From sequence record NZ_CP077636.1: a DNA stretch of 38,247 nucleotides. One strand, given 5' to 3'. The notes under the pieces are model-generated. The model was not told the DNA's origin and did not search any database. It worked only from the letters and a program-made list of their open reading frames with translations. Below are positions 8,528 through 16,850 of the stretch, piece after piece (position 1 is the first letter of the stretch; every line of letters starts with the position of its first letter). The position numbers were made by a program, and so were the translations under genes. This DNA is from a plasmid.

Positions 8528-8554
8528 AAAATCAAAAAATACTTTTTTGATTTT
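8528..8554. repeat. perfect 12-3-12 palindrome aaaatcaaaaaa-tac-ttttttgatttt
   Basis: read directly from the sequence; a third partial arm at about 8592 (gaaaatcaaaaag). Confidence 0.8.
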
Positions 8555-8649
8555 TCATTCTGCGAATGTATAATGAAAAAATATTTACGAAAATCAAAAA
8601 GTAAATTTTTAAAAATTCTTATATTAATAAGTATTAATTTTATGATATG

Positions 8650-8840
8650 AAAAATAAAATCAATAACTAGAAAAAAATCTATAATAAGAAAAAATATTTC
8701 TAACTAGAAAAATAATTACTATTAATAATAAGAAAAAATATTTCTAACTAGAAAAAGATTAATCTACATAACAAGAAAAAGAAATCAATCAATGATAAAA
8801 AAGATAGTCATAATAAGAAAAAAAGAAATCAATCAATGAT
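8650..8840. repeat. direct repeats in oriT region: ataataagaaaaaatatttctaactagaaaaa x2 and agaaatcaatcaatgat x2
   Basis: read directly. Confidence 0.7.
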
Positions 8841-8973
8841 TTAATTATGAATTTTAAAAAATGATTTTTAATGAGAAATATATTTTTAGAATAAAAAAGC
8901 TTTAGAAATAAGGAAAAAATAAAATATTCTATATTTATTTTTTTATATTTTTTAGAAAAAATGAAAAAAAATA

Positions 8974-9189
8974 TTATACCGACATTTTGCGGAGTTTTTA
9001 TAGTGGCTTTTTTTGATAAAAAAAATATTTTAAACAATTAAAAAATCATTATTTTTAACAATAAAAAATAATAAAAAATAATAAATCAAAATAACTTAGA
9101 TTAAGTATTTTTTAAAAAAATAAACTAACTTCAAATAACTAAAAAATCATTATTTTAAGCTTTTTATAAGTCGCAAAATGTCGGTATAA
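8974..9189. repeat. iteron module copy 2 (inverted iteron 8974-8993 ... direct iteron 9170-9189) immediately upstream of virB2
   Basis: attataccgacattttgcgga ... ttaagctttttataagtcgcaaaatgtcggtataa. Confidence 0.75.
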
Positions 9190-9238
9190 CCCTTAAGGTT
9201 ATAATTTTGCGAAATACATATTTTTAAGGAGATTATTT

Positions 9239-9544
9239 ATGAAAAGTATTTTTCAAAAAATTTTAACACTCATCTTAATATCGCCAATATTTCTTTTTGG
9301 TGCTGATGGTGGAAATATTGCTTCAAAGCTAGCAAATAGTGTAAATCAGCAAATTACTGAAGCAGGAAGTAGTGTAGCGAGTATAATTAATACCATTTCA
9401 ATAGTGATGGGTGTTATTTGGATAACTGTTATGCTTCTGATGACATTTATTAATATGGAAGCCATTAAAAATCACGCCAAATTATTATTTGGGGCAGTAG
9501 TAATTATTGGTATTATTTATGGACTTTCATCAGCGAGTATGTAA
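9239..9544 (+). CDS. virB2: VirB2/TrbC-like T4SS pilin
   Basis: 101 aa. Signal peptide, two hydrophobic helices, position first in virB operon, RBS 'aaggagattatttATG'. Confidence 0.6.
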   Translation: MKSIFQKILTLILISPIFLFGADGGNIASKLANSVNQQITEAGSSVASIINTISIVMGVIWITVMLLMTFINMEAIKNHAKLLFGAVVIIGIIYGLSSASM

Positions 9545-9786
9545 TGGTAGAAACAAGTTGTTATCGTGATTTAACGCGTAAAACTAAGATTAAAGGCTTA
9601 ACCAGCACGAGTTGGTTTGCCTTAATCATTTTAGGTTTTATAGCTTGGTTTTTTTTGATTTTATACTCACTTATTGTGATCGCTTTTCTTTATTGCTTTT
9701 TTTTCATTTTAGAATTTTTTGATGAAGATATTTATCAAATAATTTTTGCAAAATTATCGATACCGCAGAATAAATATTATGCTTAG
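9544..9786 (+). CDS. virB3: VirB3-like small inner-membrane T4SS protein
   Basis: 80 aa. One or two TM segments, between virB2 and virB4, start overlaps virB2 stop (ATGtaATG). Confidence 0.5.
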   Translation: MVETSCYRDLTRKTKIKGLTSTSWFALIILGFIAWFFLILYSLIVIAFLYCFFFILEFFDEDIYQIIFAKLSIPQNKYYA

Positions 9787-9795
9787 GATTAAAAA

Positions 9796-12264
9796 ATGGG
9801 AACGAGTATTTTTACTTATCTAAAAGAACTTAAAAATAAACCTAAAAAAGAAAATTTAGGAAAGAAAGAAAAGAAAAATTTTAAAGAATATATAAATAAA
9901 ATAAATAGGGGTGCTGACAATATTTTAATGTTAGCAGAACCAAAAATTTTTACAATGGCTAAAGAAAATAACATAGCTTTTAAGCTTGATGAAAATATTT
10001 TAGTTACAAAAGATGGAAATTTATGTGTTGGAATTGAGATCAAAGGAATTTCTTATTCTGGAATTTCTTTAGAAGAAGAAATATCTTATCTTCAGAGCCG
10101 AACACAATTTTTTGGAAAAATTAGTTCTGATATAGAAATCAATTTGATTGTTAAAAAAGATAGAATTGAATTAGTAAAGCAAAATTCTAACTCCAAAAAT
10201 GTTTTTGCCAATCAAATTATAGAAAAATGGGAAAATCATAAAGACGCTTTCCAAATAACTTACTTCCTAATCATATCAACTATTGACAAAAAAATAAGTG
10301 GAGCTTTGGAAAGTTTTAAGAACAAAACAACCAAAGAAAAAGAGCAAAGTAAGGAAGAAAAAGAAAGTTTTAGTTTTGAAGCTAAAAAAATTATCATAAA
10401 TGAAACTTTGACTGAAGCAAAAAGAGCTTTGTCTATATTTAATCCAACTCAAATCACGGCTGATGATATTTTAAATTTCTATGCAACCTACTCAAACGCA
10501 CAAGAAACTAAATTTAGATATACAAACGAACTAATCACTGATAGTTACATTAGCTCTAATGTAGAATTTAAAAAAGATTATATTTTATTTGAAAGAAATG
10601 ATGGAAAACAAATGTTTTCAAGGTTTATAAGCATTAAAGCTTATGAAACTGACATAATATCTTCTCATATAACTACAAAAATTCTAAGAAGCTCCAGTGA
10701 TTTTATAATTTTTATGAATATGCAAGCTTATGAAAAAGAAAAGGCGATAAAAAAGGTAAAAGACACAGGAGCATTTGCACCACAAATCATAAAAGATGAA
10801 CTTAGCGGACTTATTGAAATAATAAAAGCCGATAGAGAAAATTTAATGCTTGTGAGCTTTTCAGTTTATATTTTGGCTGAAAATTTAGAAGATTTAGAAA
10901 CTAAAACAAACGAGCTTAAAGGAATTTTAGCAAACCAAAACCTAAACATCGTTCGAGAAACCATAAATCAAAAGGCTTTATACTTCTCGTTCTTTCCAAG
11001 CAGAGCAAACTTAAATGCTAGGAAAAGAACCCTAAAGGTTTCAAATTTAGCTAGCATAGCCAATTTTGAAAAAGATGTCTTAGGTTTTGCAAAAAATGAT
11101 TGGGGCGAACAGCCAGTAACTATTTTTAGACATTTAAGTGGAACTCCTTATCTTTTTAATTTTCATTGGACCGATCAAGGAGATAAGCCAAGCGGACATA
11201 CTATGATTATAGGTGGAACAGGTGCAGGAAAAACAACATTAGCTCAATTTTTAATGTGTAATCTTTATAAGTATGACATCGATATTTTTTCAATGGATAA
11301 ACTGCGTGGTATGTATAATTTCGCAACTTATACAGATGGCGAGTATCACGACGCTGATTTTAGTGATTTTAAACTAAATCCGTTTGCATTGCCTTATACA
11401 AGTGAAAATAAGTCTTTTTTACAAAACTTTATTCAAAAAATGGCTAATATAGAAGACACTCAATACAATGCCGTAAATGAAATTTCAAAGACTATAGAAA
11501 GGCTTTATAATAATAAACTTGAAGAAGATATCTTTACCTTAAGCGATTTTATCGACAGTCTTCAGTACGAAGAAAATGATATTAAAGGACGACTAAGACC
11601 TTTTCAAAATAGTATTTTTGATAATAAGCAAGATGCTTTAAGTTTCAACAAACAATTATCAATTCTAAATATGGATAGCATTTTAAAAAATCCTACACTA
11701 GCAAGCCTAACGGCTTCTTACATATTTCATAGGTTAAAAAATTCAGCAAAAAATTCAAAAAAAAGAGGCTTTTTTTGTTTTATCGATGAGCTTAAAGATT
11801 TTTTAATGGACGAAAATATGAGAGAAAGCATACTTGAAAGTATTCTTGAAGTAAGAAAAATAGGTGGAGTAATGTGTATGGGTTTTCAAAACTTAAGCTT
11901 TTTTGATGATATTCCAAAGGGTGCAAGCTTTTTAGAAAATATAGCAAACTATATTATTTTTCCAACAACGAACGCACAAACGCTTGAAAATATGAGAAAT
12001 AAGCTTAATTTAACACCGACAGAGCTTAAATTTTTGCAAGAAGCAGGAACAAATTCAAGGCAAGTTTTATTAAAAATGAACCTGTCAAATCAATCGGCTA
12101 TTTTAAATATAGATCTTAGTCGTTTAGGAAAGCATTTAAGAGTATTCTCATCATCAAGCGATAATGTAATGCTTATGAAGGAGCTTAAAGAACTTTATCC
12201 AAACGATTGGAGAAATATGTATCTTGAAAATCAAAAACCAAATTTAAATCAAGGAGCTAAATAA
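9796..12264 (+). CDS. virB4: VirB4 T4SS ATPase
   Basis: 822 aa; Walker A 'IIGGTGAGKTTLAQ'; Walker B-like 'FFCFIDELKDF'; typical size. Confidence 0.9.
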   Translation: MGTSIFTYLKELKNKPKKENLGKKEKKNFKEYINKINRGADNILMLAEPKIFTMAKENNIAFKLDENILVTKDGNLCVGIEIKGISYSGISLEEEISYLQSRTQFFGKISSDIEINLIVKKDRIELVKQNSNSKNVFANQIIEKWENHKDAFQITYFLIISTIDKKISGALESFKNKTTKEKEQSKEEKESFSFEAKKIIINETLTEAKRALSIFNPTQITADDILNFYATYSNAQETKFRYTNELITDSYISSNVEFKKDYILFERNDGKQMFSRFISIKAYETDIISSHITTKILRSSSDFIIFMNMQAYEKEKAIKKVKDTGAFAPQIIKDELSGLIEIIKADRENLMLVSFSVYILAENLEDLETKTNELKGILANQNLNIVRETINQKALYFSFFPSRANLNARKRTLKVSNLASIANFEKDVLGFAKNDWGEQPVTIFRHLSGTPYLFNFHWTDQGDKPSGHTMIIGGTGAGKTTLAQFLMCNLYKYDIDIFSMDKLRGMYNFATYTDGEYHDADFSDFKLNPFALPYTSENKSFLQNFIQKMANIEDTQYNAVNEISKTIERLYNNKLEEDIFTLSDFIDSLQYEENDIKGRLRPFQNSIFDNKQDALSFNKQLSILNMDSILKNPTLASLTASYIFHRLKNSAKNSKKRGFFCFIDELKDFLMDENMRESILESILEVRKIGGVMCMGFQNLSFFDDIPKGASFLENIANYIIFPTTNAQTLENMRNKLNLTPTELKFLQEAGTNSRQVLLKMNLSNQSAILNIDLSRLGKHLRVFSSSSDNVMLMKELKELYPNDWRNMYLENQKPNLNQGAK

Positions 12265-12392
12265 TGAAAATTTTAAAAATAAGTATTTTAACAATAACTA
12301 TTATTTTTTTTAGTGCGTGTGCAACAACCAATAAAGAAATTCCTAAAAAATCGCCGTGTGCGTGCAATTATGATGTAATTAAAATTAGTTAA
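12264..12392 (+). CDS. VirB7-like small lipoprotein (42 aa)
   Basis: ATG overlaps the virB4 stop by 1 nt (taATG). MKILKISILTITIIFFSAC... lipobox-like FFSAC followed by C-x-C. Sits immediately before virB8. Below ORF-track cutoff. Confidence 0.45.
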   Translation: MKILKISILTITIIFFSACATTNKEIPKKSPCACNYDVIKIS

Positions 12393-12407
12393 AACGAAAG
12401 GTAAAAA

Positions 12408-13082
12408 ATGGCTTTTATTGACGATAAAAAAGATCCAAATTTTATATTTCAACTTGAGAGAAATATAAAAGCGTATATGCTATACATCATCATAGCTTTA
12501 ACTACGATTGTAGTTTCTCTTGCTATTGCCATTACTTTTCTTGCCCCTTTTAAAGAAGTAAAGCCTTATTTAGTATTTTTTTCAGACGGCGAAACTAATT
12601 TTGTAAAGGTAGAACAAGCAGGAATGGATATGAGAGCCGATGAGAATTTATTAAAATCAATTCTCGCAGGCTATGTTAAAAAACGCGAAACGATAAATCG
12701 TGTCGATGATAGTGAGAGATATGAAGAGATCAGACTTCAATCTCAAAAAAATGTATGGGAAACATTCTCAAACTTAGTAAAAGCTCCAAATTCTATTTAT
12801 ACAACGCAAGGAGTTTTTAGAAGCATTGAAATTATTAATGTTTCAATTTTCAATAAAAATGTAGCTACGATCGATTTTATAGCAAAAATAACTAATAGAG
12901 ATGGTAGTGAGAACCATTTAAAAAAATATCGTGCCACATTATTTTTTGATTTTATACCAATGGAGCTTACTTATAATTCAGTTCCAAAAAATCCTACAGG
13001 CTTTATTGTCAAACAATATTCAATTACAGATATTATTGATAATGATACTTTTAACAATACACAAACGCAAGGAGCGAAGTAA
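12408..13082 (+). CDS. virB8: VirB8-like bitopic inner-membrane T4SS protein
   Basis: 224 aa; short N-terminus, one TM (YMLYIIIALTTIVVSLAIAITFLA), periplasmic domain; conserved position; RBS 'aaaggtaaaaaATG'. Confidence 0.65.
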   Translation: MAFIDDKKDPNFIFQLERNIKAYMLYIIIALTTIVVSLAIAITFLAPFKEVKPYLVFFSDGETNFVKVEQAGMDMRADENLLKSILAGYVKKRETINRVDDSERYEEIRLQSQKNVWETFSNLVKAPNSIYTTQGVFRSIEIINVSIFNKNVATIDFIAKITNRDGSENHLKKYRATLFFDFIPMELTYNSVPKNPTGFIVKQYSITDIIDNDTFNNTQTQGAK

Positions 13083-14146
13083 TGAGAAAATATTCAAAAA
13101 TAGCTTTTCTAGCTTTATTTGTAAATTTGACAGCTTTTGCCGACAACATACAAATTCAAGATGTTCCTAATGCAAACACAGGCGAAAGCATTTTACAAAC
13201 TAAGGAACAAGCTTTAAATAATTATACACAAACCAATATCAAAATTGATCCTTTAGGAAATCAAGGACAAGGGCAAAAAATAGATAATTCAAGCTATGCT
13301 AATCCACAATATCAAGCCCAAGCTTTTGATACTTACTCTCAAAGCAATGGAGAACAGTTAAGCGAAGAACAAATTGCTTTAATGAAAAGTGCAATTAGAA
13401 ATCAAAATTTAAATGCTTTACAGCAAAGATTTTTTCAAAAAAAATATTCAGGTTTCGAAAACACATTAAATCTTGATTATCAGCCAAATAAAACTCAAAA
13501 AATAAGAACTCGTTTTGCAATGGCAACTACTCTTATTTTTGAAACGGATATTACAAATTATATCTTAGGAGATACGACAGGATTTAAGGTAGAAGAAATT
13601 CCAAGTATGCCTAATGCCATAGCTATTAAACCTATGCTAATCGGAATTGATACTTCTTTGACTATTTTTACCAAAGACAATAAACTTCACACCTTTTACA
13701 TCTTTTCGACTGATTATAAAAACAGTAAAGATCCTTCTTTAGTAATTTACATACACGATCAAAATTCAAAAGAGTTAATTAAGGAGAAACAAGAAAAATT
13801 AGCAAAAGATTATTTAATCATTAAAGAAGGCATTGCTGAAGTCCGAGTTAAAAAAAGTGAAATCTATAATCACTATAGCCAAAAAGCAAAAAAAGGCGAC
13901 GAGTGGCTTATTAGCGAAGAAATTTTTAATGATAAAAAATTTACTTATTTTAAATACGACAAAGACAAAATGCCACAAGTTCCAGCAATATTTGCAGTAA
14001 TCGATAAACAAGACAGTCCAGTAGAAACTAGGATTATCGGTAATTATGTAATTGCTGAAACCACTGCAAAAAAATTTACAATCAAAAGTGGAGATAGTTA
14101 TGTATGTGTAGAGCGTTTGGATCAAAACAAAAAGGCTAAGAAATGA
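13082..14146 (+). CDS. virB9: VirB9-like T4SS outer-membrane channel subunit
   Basis: 354 aa, cleavable signal peptide, start overlaps virB8 stop (ATGA), position between virB8 and virB10. Confidence 0.6.
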   Translation: MRKYSKIAFLALFVNLTAFADNIQIQDVPNANTGESILQTKEQALNNYTQTNIKIDPLGNQGQGQKIDNSSYANPQYQAQAFDTYSQSNGEQLSEEQIALMKSAIRNQNLNALQQRFFQKKYSGFENTLNLDYQPNKTQKIRTRFAMATTLIFETDITNYILGDTTGFKVEEIPSMPNAIAIKPMLIGIDTSLTIFTKDNKLHTFYIFSTDYKNSKDPSLVIYIHDQNSKELIKEKQEKLAKDYLIIKEGIAEVRVKKSEIYNHYSQKAKKGDEWLISEEIFNDKKFTYFKYDKDKMPQVPAIFAVIDKQDSPVETRIIGNYVIAETTAKKFTIKSGDSYVCVERLDQNKKAKK

Positions 14147-15279
14147 AAAAATCATTTTTAAGCCTAAGTCTTGTAACAATATTGTTAAGCAACAATCTTT
14201 TTGCAGAAGATATATTTGATCAAACAAGCGAAGAAAATGTATCTAAAAATATATCTAAAAAAGACAATCAAAGCCAAAATTTGCTTAACAAAGAAGATTT
14301 AGACTATCTTTTCAAAAATTCAGATACAAAATTTCCAGTCACTGATTATATTTATAAGGGCGGATTTAAAGAACCTAACGAAGAAATTAAAATTCATAGC
14401 GAAGAAAAACCTAAAAAAGAAGAAGATAATAATATTACTAAGTTAGCAAAAATTGAAGAAAAAAAGCAAGAACTGATACAAAAAAATCAGCAAATTGCAA
14501 AAGAAATTCATCAAGATAATATTAGTTCCCAAGAAAGAAAAATCAAAAAACTCATCAGAGACAGTATTTTAGCTGATCGTGGCAACACACAAATTTATTT
14601 TCAAGAAAATTCTTCAAAATACGGCGTTGATGGTTTTTCAAACCAAAAAAGCATAGATGTTTCAACAAACGAACACCGTCTTTATAGAATGATAAGAGCA
14701 GGAAGATTAATTCCTGCCCTTTTAACGAGTGCTATTTCTAGTGATTTGCAAGGTATAGTAACCGCTCAAATCGAGCAAGATATATATGCGAGTATGGGAA
14801 ATGCAGTGTTAATTCCACGTGGAAGTAAGGCTATAGGATTTTACAAAAACGACAACAAAATAGGACAAAATCGCTTAGAAATACAATGGAGAGAAATTAT
14901 TACACCACAAGGCGTTAATATACTTTTAACCAATGCTTTAGCTAGTGATAATATGGGTATGGCAGGAGCAGTTGGAAGCGTTAATAATAAATATCTTGAA
15001 AGATACGGAATGCCTTACGCACTCTCCACAATTTCAAATGTATTGCTTCTCAGCATAGCGTCAAAAGCAGGAAATAATAATTACGCTCAAGAAGTTTATT
15101 CTCAAAGTAAAAACGATGTATCTACAATCGTAGATGATATTATCCAACAACAAAGTCAAATTAAACCAACAATCGAAATTAAATCAGGAAGTAGAATTTT
15201 TATAGTTCCTACCAATCATATGTGGTTTGCAAAACCTAAAAACAACGAAGTATTAATCCAATATTTCCAAGATAATTAA
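14143..15279 (+). CDS. virB10: VirB10-like T4SS protein
   Basis: 378 aa; N-terminal hydrophobic segment, low-complexity linker, conserved C-terminal beta-barrel-like region ending '...GSRIFIVPTNHMWF'; ATGA overlap with virB9. Confidence 0.7.
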   Translation: MKKSFLSLSLVTILLSNNLFAEDIFDQTSEENVSKNISKKDNQSQNLLNKEDLDYLFKNSDTKFPVTDYIYKGGFKEPNEEIKIHSEEKPKKEEDNNITKLAKIEEKKQELIQKNQQIAKEIHQDNISSQERKIKKLIRDSILADRGNTQIYFQENSSKYGVDGFSNQKSIDVSTNEHRLYRMIRAGRLIPALLTSAISSDLQGIVTAQIEQDIYASMGNAVLIPRGSKAIGFYKNDNKIGQNRLEIQWREIITPQGVNILLTNALASDNMGMAGAVGSVNNKYLERYGMPYALSTISNVLLLSIASKAGNNNYAQEVYSQSKNDVSTIVDDIIQQQSQIKPTIEIKSGSRIFIVPTNHMWFAKPKNNEVLIQYFQDN

Positions 15280-15289
15280 AGGAGAAAAA

Positions 15290-15490
15290 ATGCAAGAAAT
15301 TAGTAATTATGAAAAAATAAAAAAAGACATTGAAGAAGGAATTCAAAAAAGAAAAGAAGAAGATAAAAAAAATAAGAAAATAATTAATCAAATAAAAATA
15401 ATTAGTTCTTTGGAAAACAAAGTTCAAAAAGAGAAAGAGAAATTAAACAAGCTTGTAAAAAATGAAGCAAAAGAGCTAGAGAATGAGTAA
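15290..15490 (+). CDS. small K/E-rich coiled-coil protein
   Basis: 66 aa, RBS 'aaaggagaaaaaATG', start of virB11 overlaps its end. Confidence 0.4.
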   Translation: MQEISNYEKIKKDIEEGIQKRKEEDKKNKKIINQIKIISSLENKVQKEKEKLNKLVKNEAKELENE

Positions 15491-16433
15491 TACTATTGTT
15501 TTAAATAATATTTTAAATGTTTTAAAACCTTACTTAGAAATGGAAGCAAACGAGCTTATTTTTAATAAACCTTGCGAAATCAAGGTAGATAAAGGCGATG
15601 TTTGGGAAACTATTTATGATGATAGGCTCAATTATAATTTTTTAGAAACCTTTTTAATTGAACTTGCTATCAAAAGAAATCAAAGATTTGACGAAAAACA
15701 TTGTCATCTTTCTTGTGAGTTACCTTACCCCTTTTTAAGATATAGGGTGCAAGCACAGCACAAAACAAGTCTTTTTAATTCTGAAATTTGTATTTGTATT
15801 AGAATACCTTCAAAAAGTCGTTTTGCACTTGAAAATTTTGTTTTAAGCGATAAGTGTTTAGAAAAAGGTTGGACTTATGAAAAAATTAAAGATTTAATTA
15901 AAAATAAAAAGAATGTTTTAGTCTCAGGCGGAACAGGAAGTGGAAAAACTAGCTTTTTAAATTCTTTAATGGGTGAAATTGATCCAAATGAAAGAATTGT
16001 AACTATTGAAGACGCTCAAGAATTATATATCGAAAACGAGAACAAAACCCAATTAGCCGTGCCAAAAGAAGAAAGTGAAATCTATTCCTATCAAACGGCG
16101 ATAAATAACGCTATGAGATTAAGACCTGATAGATTATTTTTAGGAGAAATTGATATTAGAAACACCTTTACATTTTTAAGGGTAAATAACACAGGACACG
16201 CAGGAAACTTAAGCACTCTTCACGCAAATAATCCAGAAGACGCTATCAAAGCTATTATCACAAATATTATTTTAGGCGGGGGCTTACAAAACCCAGATAA
16301 TAAAATGCTTACTGAACTAATTATAACGGCTATAGATTTTATTATACAAATTTCAAGAAATAAAAAAACAGGGACTAGAGATATTACAGACATTTTAGAT
16401 TTAAAAAATGATTACGCAAAATTATTAATCTAA
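15483..16433 (+). CDS. virB11: VirB11 T4SS traffic ATPase
   Basis: Walker A 'VSGGTGSGKTSFLN'; His-box 'TGHAG...TLHAN'; 316 aa. Confidence 0.9.
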   Translation: MSNTIVLNNILNVLKPYLEMEANELIFNKPCEIKVDKGDVWETIYDDRLNYNFLETFLIELAIKRNQRFDEKHCHLSCELPYPFLRYRVQAQHKTSLFNSEICICIRIPSKSRFALENFVLSDKCLEKGWTYEKIKDLIKNKKNVLVSGGTGSGKTSFLNSLMGEIDPNERIVTIEDAQELYIENENKTQLAVPKEESEIYSYQTAINNAMRLRPDRLFLGEIDIRNTFTFLRVNNTGHAGNLSTLHANNPEDAIKAIITNIILGGGLQNPDNKMLTELIITAIDFIIQISRNKKTGTRDITDILDLKNDYAKLLI

Positions 16434-16442
16434 GGAGTTAGT

Positions 16443-16850
16443 GTGGGAACAATCAGAGTTTATTTAAATGAATACGAGCAAAGACAATTAAAAAAACTTT
16501 CAATAAAAAGAAATGAAAGTCAAAGTGCCGTCATTAGAAAGCTTATAAGTGTAGAAAAATACGCAAAAACTCTTGAAATTTTAGAGAAAAATAATGAAAT
16601 TAATGTCGAATACCTATACCACATCGCACAATGCGGAAATAACCTAAATCAGATTGCATACCATTTAAATATAGGAATTGAAAGTCCTTCGCAAACCCAA
16701 AACCGCTTACCTAAACTGATAGAAGAATTATCACAAATTTTAAATGAACACAAGGAGCATATTAAAAACAAGGCAATTAAGACAAATATTAATAAAAAGA
16801 TAAAAAGATTAAGTCCTGATGAAAATTTTATAGGAGAAGAAAATCAATGA
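16443..16850 (+). CDS. MobC-family relaxosome accessory protein (RHH N-terminus)
   Basis: N-terminal 'IRVYLNEYEQRQLKKLSIKRNESQSAVIRKLI' (ribbon-helix-helix-like) and MobC signature 'GNNLNQIAYHLN'; located between virB11 and virD4. Confidence 0.65.
   Translation: MGTIRVYLNEYEQRQLKKLSIKRNESQSAVIRKLISVEKYAKTLEILEKNNEINVEYLYHIAQCGNNLNQIAYHLNIGIESPSQTQNRLPKLIEELSQILNEHKEHIKNKAIKTNINKKIKRLSPDENFIGEENQ

Larger units (their letters stand above)
8366..9238. other. candidate origin of transfer (oriT) region: non-coding, extremely AT-rich, repeat-dense
   Basis: Lies between the relaxase start and the virB2 start. Contains the nic-like motif (8438-8446), the 27-bp palindrome 8528-8554, direct repeats 8650-8840, and iteron copies at 8974-8993 and 9170-9189. 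Confidence 0.6.

Noticed and set aside
8789-9037. 82-aa minus-strand ORF in the relaxase-virB2 intergenic region
   Set aside because: K/F/I low-complexity product spanning direct repeats and an iteron; more parsimonious as non-coding oriT DNA.
12931-13170. Alternative-frame ORFs 12931..13170, 13814..14227, 15236..15427, 24265..24579, 29561..29770, 30191..30406, 30488..30694, 3568..3798, 4129..4314, 4538..4738, 18851..19063, 19094..19378
   Set aside because: Overlap better-supported genes or promoter blocks. Compositionally biased translations. No RBS.
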